Source: a virus (lineage: Duplodnaviria > Caudoviricetes). Taken from it: DNA of 64,000 nucleotides. The translations under genes and the position numbers were made by a program. The notes under the pieces were generated by a model. That model saw nothing but the letters and a program-made list of their open reading frames with translations. It made no database searches and was not told where the DNA came from. Each line of letters begins with the position of its first letter. The first letter of the stretch is position 1. Shown here piece after piece: positions 1-11,148 of the stretch. The stretch is taken from the IMG/VR virus record IMGVR_UViG_3300022602_000025. One strand, written 5' to 3'.

Positions 1-1
1 A

Positions 2-373
2 TTAAACACGTTTAAGACAAAGACAGCTACTCTTACAACTACTACGAATACTAAAGTATATACTACTCCTGTAGGTGTAACAGCGATTATTTTGATGGCG
101 AACGTAGCAAACGTTGATCCAAATAACACACATGAAATTACGTTTAGTCATTACAGAAACTTGCCAGTTCTACCAGATACACAAGGTAACGGCGGTCAGG
201 TAGGCAACACAATTACTGAACAGGTTAAGGGATTTGCGATACCACCAAATAATGCCGCTTCATTATTATCAGGTAAACTGATTGTAGAAAGTTTAGATAG
301 CATTTACGCATCAGCAGATGCAGAGGGAGTCCTTAAATTAACATTGAGTATTCTAGAATCTGCAAATAGTTAA
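2..373 (+). CDS. Small virion structural protein, 5'-truncated by the window edge
   Basis: The frame of ORF 92..373 is open back to position 2 (LNTFKTKTATLTTTTNTKVYTTPVGVTAIILMAN...). It heads the co-oriented fibre gene cluster. Confidence 0.6.
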   Translation, partial: LNTFKTKTATLTTTTNTKVYTTPVGVTAIILMANVANVDPNNTHEITFSHYRNLPVLPDTQGNGGQVGNTITEQVKGFAIPPNNAASLLSGKLIVESLDSIYASADAEGVLKLTLSILESANS

Positions 374-385
374 TAGAGATATATA

Positions 386-2395
386 ATGCCACAATTATTA
401 AACCAGAACGTTGCCCTAACATACACCTCAGGAACTAATAAACAGTTCTTAGGGCTAGGTGGTGCTCAGCCTTATTTGGGATTAACCCCAAGTACTACTA
501 CTGGTTTTACATTAGTATCTAATCCGTTAACAGGACAACCATACTTTGTAAGCACATTAGGTGGTGCTTATTTTAATAATAGTGTTATTACAGCACAAAC
601 AACTAATACTGACCTTACTTTAACATCTACAGGTACTGGTAGATTAATATTAACAGGTAATGTTGTAATTAATGCTAACAATTTACAAGTTACTACAGCT
701 ACCTTCCAAGATTTAACGATCACTAACGCAGCAAACTTTGTATCAACTACTACTAATGTCAACATGAGTGCTAGTTTGTACATCAGCAAGAGTTTAGATG
801 TTGGTGTTAACGCATACATTCATGGTAGTTTAGAAGTTTATGATAACGTAACTTTTGAACCAAACAATGGTAATGTTAATATTCGTCCTACAGGACTAGG
901 ACAAGTTGTAATATATCCTGACTCAGTTGGTTATATTGACAACATGGACATTGGTCAATATGCTCCAGCTAACGGCCGATTCGTTACATTAACAGCTACA
1001 AACTTTGTTATTCAAAATACATCGTTTATTGACCTAACTGTATCAAATTTAACAGTTACAAATAACTTAGTTGTAACTAATTTCTTTGCGCCAAGTTTTT
1101 CTGCAAATACAGCAACTATTAACAATAGCCTTAGTGCTCCTGCAATTTATGAAAATGGTAATCAAGTATTAACGAATGTAGTAGTTAATACCGGACCAGG
1201 TCTTTCAAGCACAGTTAACATATCTGGTGTAACCGCTACTATTGCATTAACCAACACAGGTGTAACAAGTTTAATTGCAGGTAGTGATATTTATTTGTCT
1301 AGCGGTACTGGCAATATTACTATTGCAGATAGTAGCACATTACAATCAGTAACTAGTCGTGGTGCTACAACTACTAATGTTGTATATTTTAATAACGCTA
1401 CACCAGCAGGAAGCACAACTGGATCTATAGTTGTAACAGGTGGTGTGTACGCCAGCGCAGGTATTTTTGCAGATGGTCTAACAACTTTCCGTGGATCGGG
1501 CAATCAAGAATATACGATAAGAGTTGTAGGCGGCTCAACAGGCGCTCAATTAGCAATTGGTACTAGCGGAGTATCCACATACGGTATTGAAAGTGATGTT
1601 CTTAATGCTGCCGGATCAGGTTTTGCAAAATTAACTCAAACAGCTAGCGAGTTTCATTTTAATGTAGCAAATAGTAGCGGTATTCCTGTTCAAACAGATG
1701 CACTAGTAGTCAATGCGAACGGCTATGTAATTATTAATAGCAGTCAAAATGCAAGTAATCAAACTACTGGCGCCTTACAAGTAGTCGGCGGAGTGGGAGT
1801 AGGTGGTAATTTATATGCCGCTAATATTTTCTCAAATGGTTTCCAAGTAACTACATCAAGCTCGTTAACATTTGAATACCACGGAAGCATTTTAGGCACA
1901 GCAGGAACAGTTAATCTTGATAGAGGATTTACAGCAACCGTAGTTGGCGGTGTTATTACAATTGATACCGTTGCAGAAGTAGGTGTTACAAGTATTACAG
2001 CTGGCACAGATATTTCAATTACTACATCAACTGGCGCGGTAACAGTTAATGACACAAGTACACTACAAACTGTAACTAGTCGCGGAAGCACAACTAATAA
2101 TGCAGTAAATATAACAAATGGTACTAATGCAACTACATCAACAACTGGTGGCGCATTACATGTATCAGGTGGTGTTGGAATTGGTCAGGACTTATGGGTA
2201 GGCGGTAGCATTTATGATACTAATGCTGGATCACCTTACTATGGAGGATTATTATTCACTCCAAATGTAACCTTAAGTGTAACTCCTCCAGCAAATCCAC
2301 GTATTGGAGATTTTTGGTACGATAGTAACAGTTACTCATATCAGTTTATTCAAGACGGTACTAGTACATTCTGGATACAGATTGGTGCATTTTAA
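386..2395 (+). CDS. Tail/whisker fibre-like structural protein (669 aa)
   Basis: T/G/S/V/N-rich, with two STLQxVTxRG modules and GALxVxGGxG repeats. The C-terminal PPANPRIGDFWYD...WIQI module is typical of phage fibre proteins. Confidence 0.7.
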   Translation: MPQLLNQNVALTYTSGTNKQFLGLGGAQPYLGLTPSTTTGFTLVSNPLTGQPYFVSTLGGAYFNNSVITAQTTNTDLTLTSTGTGRLILTGNVVINANNLQVTTATFQDLTITNAANFVSTTTNVNMSASLYISKSLDVGVNAYIHGSLEVYDNVTFEPNNGNVNIRPTGLGQVVIYPDSVGYIDNMDIGQYAPANGRFVTLTATNFVIQNTSFIDLTVSNLTVTNNLVVTNFFAPSFSANTATINNSLSAPAIYENGNQVLTNVVVNTGPGLSSTVNISGVTATIALTNTGVTSLIAGSDIYLSSGTGNITIADSSTLQSVTSRGATTTNVVYFNNATPAGSTTGSIVVTGGVYASAGIFADGLTTFRGSGNQEYTIRVVGGSTGAQLAIGTSGVSTYGIESDVLNAAGSGFAKLTQTASEFHFNVANSSGIPVQTDALVVNANGYVIINSSQNASNQTTGALQVVGGVGVGGNLYAANIFSNGFQVTTSSSLTFEYHGSILGTAGTVNLDRGFTATVVGGVITIDTVAEVGVTSITAGTDISITTSTGAVTVNDTSTLQTVTSRGSTTNNAVNITNGTNATTSTTGGALHVSGGVGIGQDLWVGGSIYDTNAGSPYYGGLLFTPNVTLSVTPPANPRIGDFWYDSNSYSYQFIQDGTSTFWIQIGAF

Positions 2396-2411
2396 TTAAA
2401 GAGATATATAA

Positions 2412-5400
2412 ATGGCATTTTTTAACTTTCCACCGAATCCAAATATAGGCGATACCTACACAGTAGGATCGAAGACCTATGTGTGGAATGGTTACGCTTG
2501 GACTTTACAAGCAACGTTCCAAGCAACTAGCATTACTGTAGACACTATAACCGTAACAAGCTCTACAAATTCTACTGCTACAACCAATGGTGCGGCAGTT
2601 ATTGCAGGCGGTTTAGGTGTTGGCAGAGACATAACTGTCGGTGGATCAGCATATATCGCGGGTGACCTATACGTTGACGGTACACAAACTGTTGTTAATA
2701 CAGTACAAATACAAACAGGCGACAAGAATTTAGTTTTAAGCACTAGTGCAACTTCTGCATTAATGGCAATCAATAGCGGTATTGAAGTAGGTCCAGCAAG
2801 TTCTCCATATATCACATGGCTATACGACGGTGTCGGTAACTGGGTATCTAGCGGTGGTGTTATTGTTGACACTACAGCATCTATATTATCAAATTTAAAT
2901 GCTACAACTGTAACTAACGGTGCGTTAGTTGTTAAAGGTGGTGTTGGAATTGGTGGCGCATTATATGTTGGCGGCAACATGTATAGTGGTGGCTACCAAG
3001 TAATTACTACAGCAAACTTTTCTTCAACTGGCGTAACATCAGTTAATGCAGGTCCTGGAATTAGTGTTAACCATCCAACGGGTGATGTTATTGTTTCTAA
3101 TACAGGTGTTCTTGCAATCATTACAGGTAGCGACGTTACAATCAATCAACCAAATGGTTATGTAACACTAGGCGTAACTTCTACATTACAAACTGTAACT
3201 AAACGAGGTAACTCAACTGATCAGATCATCTACATTACCACTACGACTGACAGTTTTAATACTACTACAGGTGCATTAGTTGTAACAGGTGGTGCAGGGT
3301 TTGGCGGAACAGTTAATATTGGCGGAAGTTTAGGTGTTATTGGAATTGTTAACGCTTCACAATTATATGAAGGCGGGGTCAACCGTGTACTAACTTCAGC
3401 CACAATAGTTGCAGGTACAGGCTTAAGTGGTGGTGGTACAATTACAGGTCCTGGCGGAACAGTAACCTTAACTAACGCAGGTGTAACATCTCTTGTAGCC
3501 TCAACAGATCTTTCTGTAAGCGGATCAACTGGTGACATCACGATTTCAAATACCTCTACACTACAAAGTGTAACAGGTAGAGGTAACGTAACAACTAATG
3601 CGATTGGCATTACAAATCTAACTCAATCAAATACTCCAACTGGCGGCGCACTGGTTGTTGCTGGTGGTATTGGAGTTGGAAAAGATTTACGTGTTGCTGG
3701 TACAATGTATCAGCAGGGCAATTTAGTTATCGATGCTGTCAATATTTTCAGTCACGCTGTTACCTCATTAGTAGCAAGTCCTGGATTATATGTTGATCAA
3801 AATCAAGGCGACATTACAATCAGCAACTACGGTGTGCTCGATTTATCTAGTGATGGATATATTGGTCTAAGCAACAACACTGGTTCTATCTACATTACAA
3901 ACTTAGGTGTTCAAAGTGTAACAGCTGGTGTTGATATGAGTGTAAGTGCTAACACTGGCACAATTACAATAGATAACACAAGTACTTTACAGTCAGTAAC
4001 GTATCGTGGAGGCACAACTAATAACGCTATCGCAATTACTAACCAAACTTATAGTGCAAGCACATCGAACAGTCAAGCATTATTAGTATCTGGTGGTATT
4101 GGTGCATTGATGGTTACAGCAAGCGTTATATTTGATAACGGTAATCGCGTATTGACTAATGTTGTTCCAACAGCAGGATACGGAATTGATGTTACTAGCT
4201 ATACTGTTAATGGTACTACAGCATCATTCACAATTGATAACTTAGGTGTAACTAGTTTAACAGCAGGTACAGATACCGCTGTAACAGCAAATACAGGCGA
4301 TGTCGTTGTATTCACTACATCAACCCTACAATCAGTAACTAATAGAGGTAATGCAACTTCTAATGCAATAGAAATTGATAATATTTCATTCAGCAGTTCG
4401 ACTATCGCAGGCAACGCTTTAGTTGTTGCTGGTGGTATTGGTGCTCAAACATTATATGTTGCTGGTACAATTTACACGAACGGTCAGGCTGTAGCAACAA
4501 CAGAATCTATTTCAACTAATTCAGTATCTGCAATTTACACAGGTCCTGGTATTAGTGTTGATAATCATACAGGTACTGTAACAGTTTCTAACACAGGTGT
4601 TATTGCTATCGTAGCAGGTACTGATGTATCAATTGATTACACTGGCACATATCCAGGAAGCGGTGTCGTAACAATCAACGACACATCAACATTCCGCTCA
4701 GTAACATATAAAGGATCTACAACTCCTTACTCATTAAGCATCACAAGCTCAACAAATGCCACAAGCACAACAACAGGTGCTTTAGTAATCACAGGCGGTC
4801 TAGGTGTTGGACGCGATATTTGGGCTAGAAGCATGTGGTCTAATGGTGCTCAGGTTGTTACTACAGCAACATTAGGAAATTTAGGTGTAAGTTCAATCAC
4901 AGCAGGTTCTGGAATTAGCGTTTCTGCACCAACTGGCGACATAACAATTACCAATACAGGTGTTACACAGCTTAACGGTTCAACTTACATCGGAGTTAAC
5001 AATCAAACTGGTAATATTATCATCTATAACTTAGGTGTACAAACCTTAACAGCAGGTGATGATTTAGCAGTAAGTTCAAACACAGGTACTGTAACAGTTA
5101 GTTCAACAGCTACATTACAATCTGTGACCAACAGAGGATCTGTAACTAGTAACGCTATTAGCATTACCAACGTAACTCAGTCAACAACAATGACCAACGG
5201 TGCTCTAACCGTTGCAGGTGGTGCTGGTATCTCTAAGAATTTAAACGTTGGTGGCAATAGTACAATTTACGGTAACTTAACTGTTGTTGGCAATGCGTCA
5301 TTCATTGGTACATCAACTTATGTTTCGTCAACAAACACTTACTATACTGACAACTTAGTTGATCTCCACGTTCCACCTAGCGGTCCGATGGGCATGTGGA

Positions 5401-7535
5401 CTACTGATGACGGCTTAGACATTGGTTTCAAAATGCACTACTACAAGAGCGGTCTTAGCGATAACGCTGCCCTTGTACGTGATAATGCTAGCGGCGAATT
5501 ACATTGGTATGGAAGTGGTGCATCTTCTACAACAACATTCGCTGCATCTAACTTAGGTGCGTTCAGAGCAGGTACACTTTATGCTTCAGGCGGTGTAAAT
5601 GCTACAACTACCAACTCGGGTGACCTACAGGTAAGTGGTGGCGCAGGTATCGGACAAGATTTATATGTAGGCGGTAATGCTTACATTGGTGGCCAAGCTG
5701 TAATTACTACAGCAAGTATTAGTTCTTATGCGGCTACAAGTATCGCTGGTGGCAATTCTGGAATTTATGTAACAACTTCAAACGGAGTTGTATCAATATT
5801 CAATTACGGTGTAAACAGTATCCAAGGAACAACATACTTAGGTGTGAGTGCATCAACAGGATCAGTACTATTAACTAACTTAGGTGTTCAACAGATTACT
5901 ACAGGTAGTGGTATCGTTGTAAGCCAGTCAACAGGCACAGTTAATATTCAAAGTATTGACACACTACAACTTGTTACACAGCGCGGCCAAACAACTAATC
6001 AAGTTATTACACTAACTAATGGCGCAAATGATCCAGTAAGCACATCAAGCAATCAAACATTGATTGTACAAGGTGGTATTGGTGCATTAAGTGTTGCGGC
6101 TAGCGGATTATTTGATAACGGCAACCGTGTAATTACTAGCGTAACTGTTACAGCAGGCAACGGACTAGGCGGTGGCGGTACAATTACAGGACCAACAGGT
6201 GCTGTAACATTAACTAACATGGGTGTTACTAGCCTTGCTAGCGGTACAGATATCACCTTAAGTGCTACAACAGGATCTATAACAGTTAATGATGTTAGCA
6301 CATTACAATCAGTAACAGGCCGCGGTGCAACAACTAACAATGCACTTACAGTATCTAATAATTCATTAGGTACAACTACATCAACAGGCAATGCGTTAAC
6401 TATTGCAGGGTCAATTGGTGCATTACGTGTTAATGCAACTAACGTATTTGACAACGGTGTTCGTGTAATTACAAACGTAACTCCTGTTGCTGGTACAGCA
6501 ATTACTATTTCATCAGTAAGTACTTCAAACGGTACAATGTCATTCACTGTTAATAATGCAGGCGTAACAAGTATTTCTGCAGGAACTGACACAGCCGTAA
6601 CTGGATCAACTGGTGCTATCACAGTATTCAGCACAGCAACACTACAGTCAGTAACTAATCGCGGTGCTACAACTAATAACGTAACTTACTTTACTAATGC
6701 TTCTTCAAGCAGTAACAGTATTTCTGGCAACGCATTACAAGTACCTAATGGCGGTATTGGTGCTGGAACAATTTATGCTACAGGTAATGTGTATGCTCAA
6801 GGATTACAGGTTGCTACGATTTCTTATGTAACAACTAATACCGTTGCCAATATCCAACAAGGTCAAGGTATTGCTGTTACAGCAAACACTGGATCTGTAA
6901 CAGTCAGCAACACAGGTGTAATTGCTGTTCAAGCAGGTACAGATATTAGTATTTCCGGCACAGGATCTTATCCGGGTGCAGGTACTGTAACGGTAACTAA
7001 CACAGCAAACTTACAAACAGTAACACGCCGTGGCGCAACAACACCATATACTGTATCAATTACTAGCTCGTCAAATGCTGTAAGCACCAACTCTGGAGCT
7101 TTACAAGTAACAGGCGGTGTAGGGGTTGGACAAGACGTATGGGTAGGTGGCAATGTTTATGCTACACAATCAGTATTAATTGGTTCTGCGGCTGTTGCGG
7201 CATCGACACTCGGTGCAAGCACTAACTCTAATGCTGTAATTACAGTAGATAGTTACCCAGCATTGACTTATAGAACAGCCAAATATATTGTACAGGTGGT
7301 TGATAGCGGATTTACTCCAAGCAAAGTGCATGTTGAAGAAATTATGGTGTTCCATGATAACAACGGATTAATAACTATTCCGTATATCATCCAATACGGG
7401 TTAGGTTATAATACAACAGAACTAGGTACCTGGAACGCTGTGTACTCAGGAGGTAACATCTTGCTACAATTTACTCCAAGTTATACACCAACTAACATGG
7501 TTGTAAATGCTCAAAGGATAGCTCTAAGTACGTAA
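2412..7535 (+). CDS. Giant modular fibre protein (1707 aa)
   Basis: N-terminal FPPNPNIGDTYTVGSKTYVWNGYAW and ten TLQxVTxRG-type modules. The C-terminal DSYPALTYRTAKYIVQV...EEIMVFHD domain resembles the ends of T4-like virion structural proteins. Confidence 0.75.
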   Translation: MAFFNFPPNPNIGDTYTVGSKTYVWNGYAWTLQATFQATSITVDTITVTSSTNSTATTNGAAVIAGGLGVGRDITVGGSAYIAGDLYVDGTQTVVNTVQIQTGDKNLVLSTSATSALMAINSGIEVGPASSPYITWLYDGVGNWVSSGGVIVDTTASILSNLNATTVTNGALVVKGGVGIGGALYVGGNMYSGGYQVITTANFSSTGVTSVNAGPGISVNHPTGDVIVSNTGVLAIITGSDVTINQPNGYVTLGVTSTLQTVTKRGNSTDQIIYITTTTDSFNTTTGALVVTGGAGFGGTVNIGGSLGVIGIVNASQLYEGGVNRVLTSATIVAGTGLSGGGTITGPGGTVTLTNAGVTSLVASTDLSVSGSTGDITISNTSTLQSVTGRGNVTTNAIGITNLTQSNTPTGGALVVAGGIGVGKDLRVAGTMYQQGNLVIDAVNIFSHAVTSLVASPGLYVDQNQGDITISNYGVLDLSSDGYIGLSNNTGSIYITNLGVQSVTAGVDMSVSANTGTITIDNTSTLQSVTYRGGTTNNAIAITNQTYSASTSNSQALLVSGGIGALMVTASVIFDNGNRVLTNVVPTAGYGIDVTSYTVNGTTASFTIDNLGVTSLTAGTDTAVTANTGDVVVFTTSTLQSVTNRGNATSNAIEIDNISFSSSTIAGNALVVAGGIGAQTLYVAGTIYTNGQAVATTESISTNSVSAIYTGPGISVDNHTGTVTVSNTGVIAIVAGTDVSIDYTGTYPGSGVVTINDTSTFRSVTYKGSTTPYSLSITSSTNATSTTTGALVITGGLGVGRDIWARSMWSNGAQVVTTATLGNLGVSSITAGSGISVSAPTGDITITNTGVTQLNGSTYIGVNNQTGNIIIYNLGVQTLTAGDDLAVSSNTGTVTVSSTATLQSVTNRGSVTSNAISITNVTQSTTMTNGALTVAGGAGISKNLNVGGNSTIYGNLTVVGNASFIGTSTYVSSTNTYYTDNLVDLHVPPSGPMGMWTTDDGLDIGFKMHYYKSGLSDNAALVRDNASGELHWYGSGASSTTTFAASNLGAFRAGTLYASGGVNATTTNSGDLQVSGGAGIGQDLYVGGNAYIGGQAVITTASISSYAATSIAGGNSGIYVTTSNGVVSIFNYGVNSIQGTTYLGVSASTGSVLLTNLGVQQITTGSGIVVSQSTGTVNIQSIDTLQLVTQRGQTTNQVITLTNGANDPVSTSSNQTLIVQGGIGALSVAASGLFDNGNRVITSVTVTAGNGLGGGGTITGPTGAVTLTNMGVTSLASGTDITLSATTGSITVNDVSTLQSVTGRGATTNNALTVSNNSLGTTTSTGNALTIAGSIGALRVNATNVFDNGVRVITNVTPVAGTAITISSVSTSNGTMSFTVNNAGVTSISAGTDTAVTGSTGAITVFSTATLQSVTNRGATTNNVTYFTNASSSSNSISGNALQVPNGGIGAGTIYATGNVYAQGLQVATISYVTTNTVANIQQGQGIAVTANTGSVTVSNTGVIAVQAGTDISISGTGSYPGAGTVTVTNTANLQTVTRRGATTPYTVSITSSSNAVSTNSGALQVTGGVGVGQDVWVGGNVYATQSVLIGSAAVAASTLGASTNSNAVITVDSYPALTYRTAKYIVQVVDSGFTPSKVHVEEIMVFHDNNGLITIPYIIQYGLGYNTTELGTWNAVYSGGNILLQFTPSYTPTNMVVNAQRIALST

Positions 7536-7589
7536 TTATAAAATAGAATAAATACCGTGTAACCAGCCGTTACGTGGAAAGGGAAACTA

Positions 7590-10500
7590 ATGGCAAATAA
7601 AGATTTTATCGTCAAAAATGGAGTACAGGTCTTAGGATCTGGATCGGCTCCTTCAACTAGCACTCAAACAGGCGCTCTTGTCGTACAAGGCGGTGTCGGT
7701 ATAGCCAACGATGTTTGGGTAGGCGGAACTTTATATGCCAACGGTGCAAAAGTTTTAACAACATCTACACTAGGAAGTTCTGGTGTATTAAGCATCACAG
7801 CAGGCACAGATACCGCTGTAGTTAATACTTTAGGTGCTTATACAATATGGAACACTTCTACCCTAGCATCTATTACCGGCCGCGGTGCTAGTACTCCAAA
7901 CGCAATCAGTATTACAAATTCAACATCTGCTACATCAAGCAGTACAGGTGCGTTAACAGTAGCGGGCGGTGTTGGTATCCAAGGAACACTATATGTAGGT
8001 GGCACAACCTACATTAATGGCGACTTATGGGTTGACGGTTCTCAAACAATTTTCAACACAACACAAATTCAAACAGCAGATAAGACATTGGTATTATCTA
8101 GCTCTACAACACTTGCAGGCACAGCGGCAGGTAGTGGTATTATTATCGGTAGCACAAGTTCTCCTTTCGTTAGCATGTTATTTGACGGTAGTCAGACATG
8201 GAATATCAAAGGCAACATGGTTCCAACATCAAATTTTGTGTTGGGTACCCTAGCAAATCCGTGGAATACAGTTTACGGAAATCAGTTATACGACAATTCA
8301 AATCGTGTAGTAACAAATGTTACACCATATGCAGGTTCAGGTATAGGTGTTGTTGGATTAATCAGTGGTGGTCCAAGTCCAATCTTTACAATTACCAACA
8401 TGGGTGTTGTAAGTTTATCAGCAGGATCAGGCATCAGTGTATCAGCATCTACTGGTAGTGTTACTGTTTCAAGCACAGATACCTTACAGTCAGTAACTGG
8501 TCGTGGTGCAATTACTCCATATGCAATTAATATTACTAATGCAAGTAGCACAGCCTTCCAAGTAACAGGTACTATTACAGCAGGCGCACTATTTGTAAAC
8601 GGTGCGGCAGCATGGACAACAGCGACCTTAACTAATGTAAGTCAGTTAAACAACGATGCAGGATACTTAACAAGTTCAACTATTGGACTGTTTGGTGTTA
8701 GTGCTATTAATGCTGGAGCAGGTATTTCAGTAAGTGCAAGTACAGGATCTGTTGTAGTTACTAATACAGGTGTGTTGAGTCTATTTGCAGGTACTGACAC
8801 AGCAGTAAGCTCAACTAGCGGTAACATTACAATCTGGGATATTAGTACATTACAATCTGTAACTAATCGCGGATTTACTACAACTAATTTAATTAACATT
8901 ACCAATACCACAACAGGCGGTAGCACTTTAACAAACGCAGTTACTGGCGCATTAACAGTTGCAGGCGGCATTTCTACAAACGAAAGCCTGTGGGTTAACA
9001 GTTACGGAGTAGTAGGCAATCCTACTAATGCAGGATACGGTACATTACAAGTTGGCGGAAACAGTTTAGCTACAGGTACATCTGTTGCATATCAAGTTTC
9101 TTTACAAGGAAGAAACAACTTAGTAGCATCAAGTTTCAGTCCATTTATTAATTGTACCACAGCTACAACTAGCTCAGCAGGAACAATTTTCTCAAGCATT
9201 GGCCTACGACAAATTACAGGCCTAGCAGGAACTAACGTAGCATTTTTCCAACAGTCAATCGCTTATGGTACAAAATATGCACTGAGCATTTATGTAAAAT
9301 ATTCAAGCCTAGTTAACAGTTTCCAAATTGCTGCAGATATTTCAGCGGGTTCAAGTTATGCTAACGTAGTAGTTGATGGAATTTCTCTACAGGTTAGAAG
9401 CGACCTTGGCACAAATCCTGAAGCATATATCACTCGTGTAGGCGGTGGCTTATACAGACTAACAGGTATCATCACTAGTGGTGCTAGCGGCGCCGCTAAA
9501 AATGCTTACGTTTATGCCCTTGGTACATTTGTTGGCACTGAAGTCTTAGTTGCATCACACGTACAATTAGAATATGGCGCCGGTGCAAGTGCTTATACAC
9601 AAACTATTGGATCGGCTGTAGCTACACCAAATAATTTATTTGTTCCAACAGGGCAAGTAATTGTTAATCCAGGCACAAGTAGTTTACCAGGATACTCATT
9701 TACGGGTATAAGCCCCGCGGCTAGCGGATTATACCTAAATGGTGGTATCACTTGGACATTAGGCGGAACTCCGTCTGGAACATTAGCTGCCAGTGGTGTA
9801 CAAATTTTAAGTACTAGCTCGTTCAGTTGGGCAAGTTCAGCAATTAACGGTGCTTCAGATACATATATCTGGCGAGATGGTCCTGGTATTCTATCTGTAC
9901 GTAACGGAAACTCTGCACAAACACTACGAATTTATAATACATTTACAGATGGTCTTAACTACGAACGTGGTTTCGTTCAGTGGACCGGAAATAGATTTAA
10001 TATCGGTAATGAATACGCAGGTACGGGTGCTGCTAGAGGCATAACATTTAATACTCCGTCAGATTTATTATTCCAAACAAATAATACTATCGGTAATGGA
10101 TGGCAAATCGTTACTAGCGGTAGTTTAATTCCTTCAACAACTAATGCGTTTGACCTAGGTAGCACGGCAAACGTAGTCCGTACTGGCTATTTTGGTAATA
10201 CAGCTTCTACAAGTACTATTACTGGTGCTCTTGTTGTAGGTGGTGGTGCAGGTATCGGTGGTAACGTATACATTGGCGGTAACTTAACCGTAGGTGGCGC
10301 TGTTAACATTTACGGATCTATTAACACAGCAACTAACGTAGCTGGCGGAAATGCCGGTCAATTAATATATCAAACAGCACCTGGACTATCTGGATTTGTA
10401 ACAACAGGTACAAATGGTCAAATTTTAATTAGTCAAGGTACAAGCGGTCCGACATTCTTAAGTACATCAAGTGTGTATGTAGGTAATGCCGTAACTGCAA

Positions 10501-11147
10501 ATAACATAGCAGGCGGAACTGCAGGTCAGATCCATTATCAAAGTGCTCCAAACACTACTGCATTCTTTGGTCCAGGCACAGCAGGTCAGGTACACGTAAG
10601 CGGTGGTACTGGTGCACCAGTATATCAAAGTACATTAACACTTGCTGGTACAACATTAGCAACATCAACAACTACAGGTGCTCTTGTAGTAGCAGGCGGA
10701 GTAGGTATTGGCGGAGCATTATATGTTGGCGCAGGTATCGCAAGCACAGCAACTAACAATGGTTCTCTAGTTGTTAATGGTGGTGTTGGTATTAGTGGCG
10801 CCTTAAACGCCGCAACTAAGTCATTCATCATACCTCACCCAACTAAGCCAGGACAAAATTTACGTCACGGTAGCTTAGAAGGCCCTGAGTTTGGTGTTTA
10901 CATTCGCGGACGACTAAACAATGGCAACACAATCCAACTACCTGAATACTGGAGTAAGTTAGTAGATCCTAATACTATTACTGTAGATATAACCCCTGTT
11001 GGAAAATATCAAAAATTATTTGTTAAGACAATTTCTTCAACTGAAATTGTTATTGGTAATGATGCATTACTATCAAACGCTGTAGATTGTTTCTACACAG
11101 TTTACGCAGAACGTGCAGACGTAGACAAACTACAGGTAGAGGGATAA
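7590..11147 (+). CDS. Tail fibre protein with internal carbohydrate-binding-like insert and C-terminal chaperone-like domain (1185 aa)
   Basis: MANKDFIVKNG start and fibre modules, with a globular beta-rich insert at ~9090-9660. It ends in ATKSFIIPHPTKPG..LRHGSLEGPE.GVY.RG, a terminal domain I recognise from T4-like phage fibres. Confidence 0.75.
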   Translation: MANKDFIVKNGVQVLGSGSAPSTSTQTGALVVQGGVGIANDVWVGGTLYANGAKVLTTSTLGSSGVLSITAGTDTAVVNTLGAYTIWNTSTLASITGRGASTPNAISITNSTSATSSSTGALTVAGGVGIQGTLYVGGTTYINGDLWVDGSQTIFNTTQIQTADKTLVLSSSTTLAGTAAGSGIIIGSTSSPFVSMLFDGSQTWNIKGNMVPTSNFVLGTLANPWNTVYGNQLYDNSNRVVTNVTPYAGSGIGVVGLISGGPSPIFTITNMGVVSLSAGSGISVSASTGSVTVSSTDTLQSVTGRGAITPYAINITNASSTAFQVTGTITAGALFVNGAAAWTTATLTNVSQLNNDAGYLTSSTIGLFGVSAINAGAGISVSASTGSVVVTNTGVLSLFAGTDTAVSSTSGNITIWDISTLQSVTNRGFTTTNLINITNTTTGGSTLTNAVTGALTVAGGISTNESLWVNSYGVVGNPTNAGYGTLQVGGNSLATGTSVAYQVSLQGRNNLVASSFSPFINCTTATTSSAGTIFSSIGLRQITGLAGTNVAFFQQSIAYGTKYALSIYVKYSSLVNSFQIAADISAGSSYANVVVDGISLQVRSDLGTNPEAYITRVGGGLYRLTGIITSGASGAAKNAYVYALGTFVGTEVLVASHVQLEYGAGASAYTQTIGSAVATPNNLFVPTGQVIVNPGTSSLPGYSFTGISPAASGLYLNGGITWTLGGTPSGTLAASGVQILSTSSFSWASSAINGASDTYIWRDGPGILSVRNGNSAQTLRIYNTFTDGLNYERGFVQWTGNRFNIGNEYAGTGAARGITFNTPSDLLFQTNNTIGNGWQIVTSGSLIPSTTNAFDLGSTANVVRTGYFGNTASTSTITGALVVGGGAGIGGNVYIGGNLTVGGAVNIYGSINTATNVAGGNAGQLIYQTAPGLSGFVTTGTNGQILISQGTSGPTFLSTSSVYVGNAVTANNIAGGTAGQIHYQSAPNTTAFFGPGTAGQVHVSGGTGAPVYQSTLTLAGTTLATSTTTGALVVAGGVGIGGALYVGAGIASTATNNGSLVVNGGVGISGALNAATKSFIIPHPTKPGQNLRHGSLEGPEFGVYIRGRLNNGNTIQLPEYWSKLVDPNTITVDITPVGKYQKLFVKTISSTEIVIGNDALLSNAVDCFYTVYAERADVDKLQVEG

Positions 11148-11148
11148 A

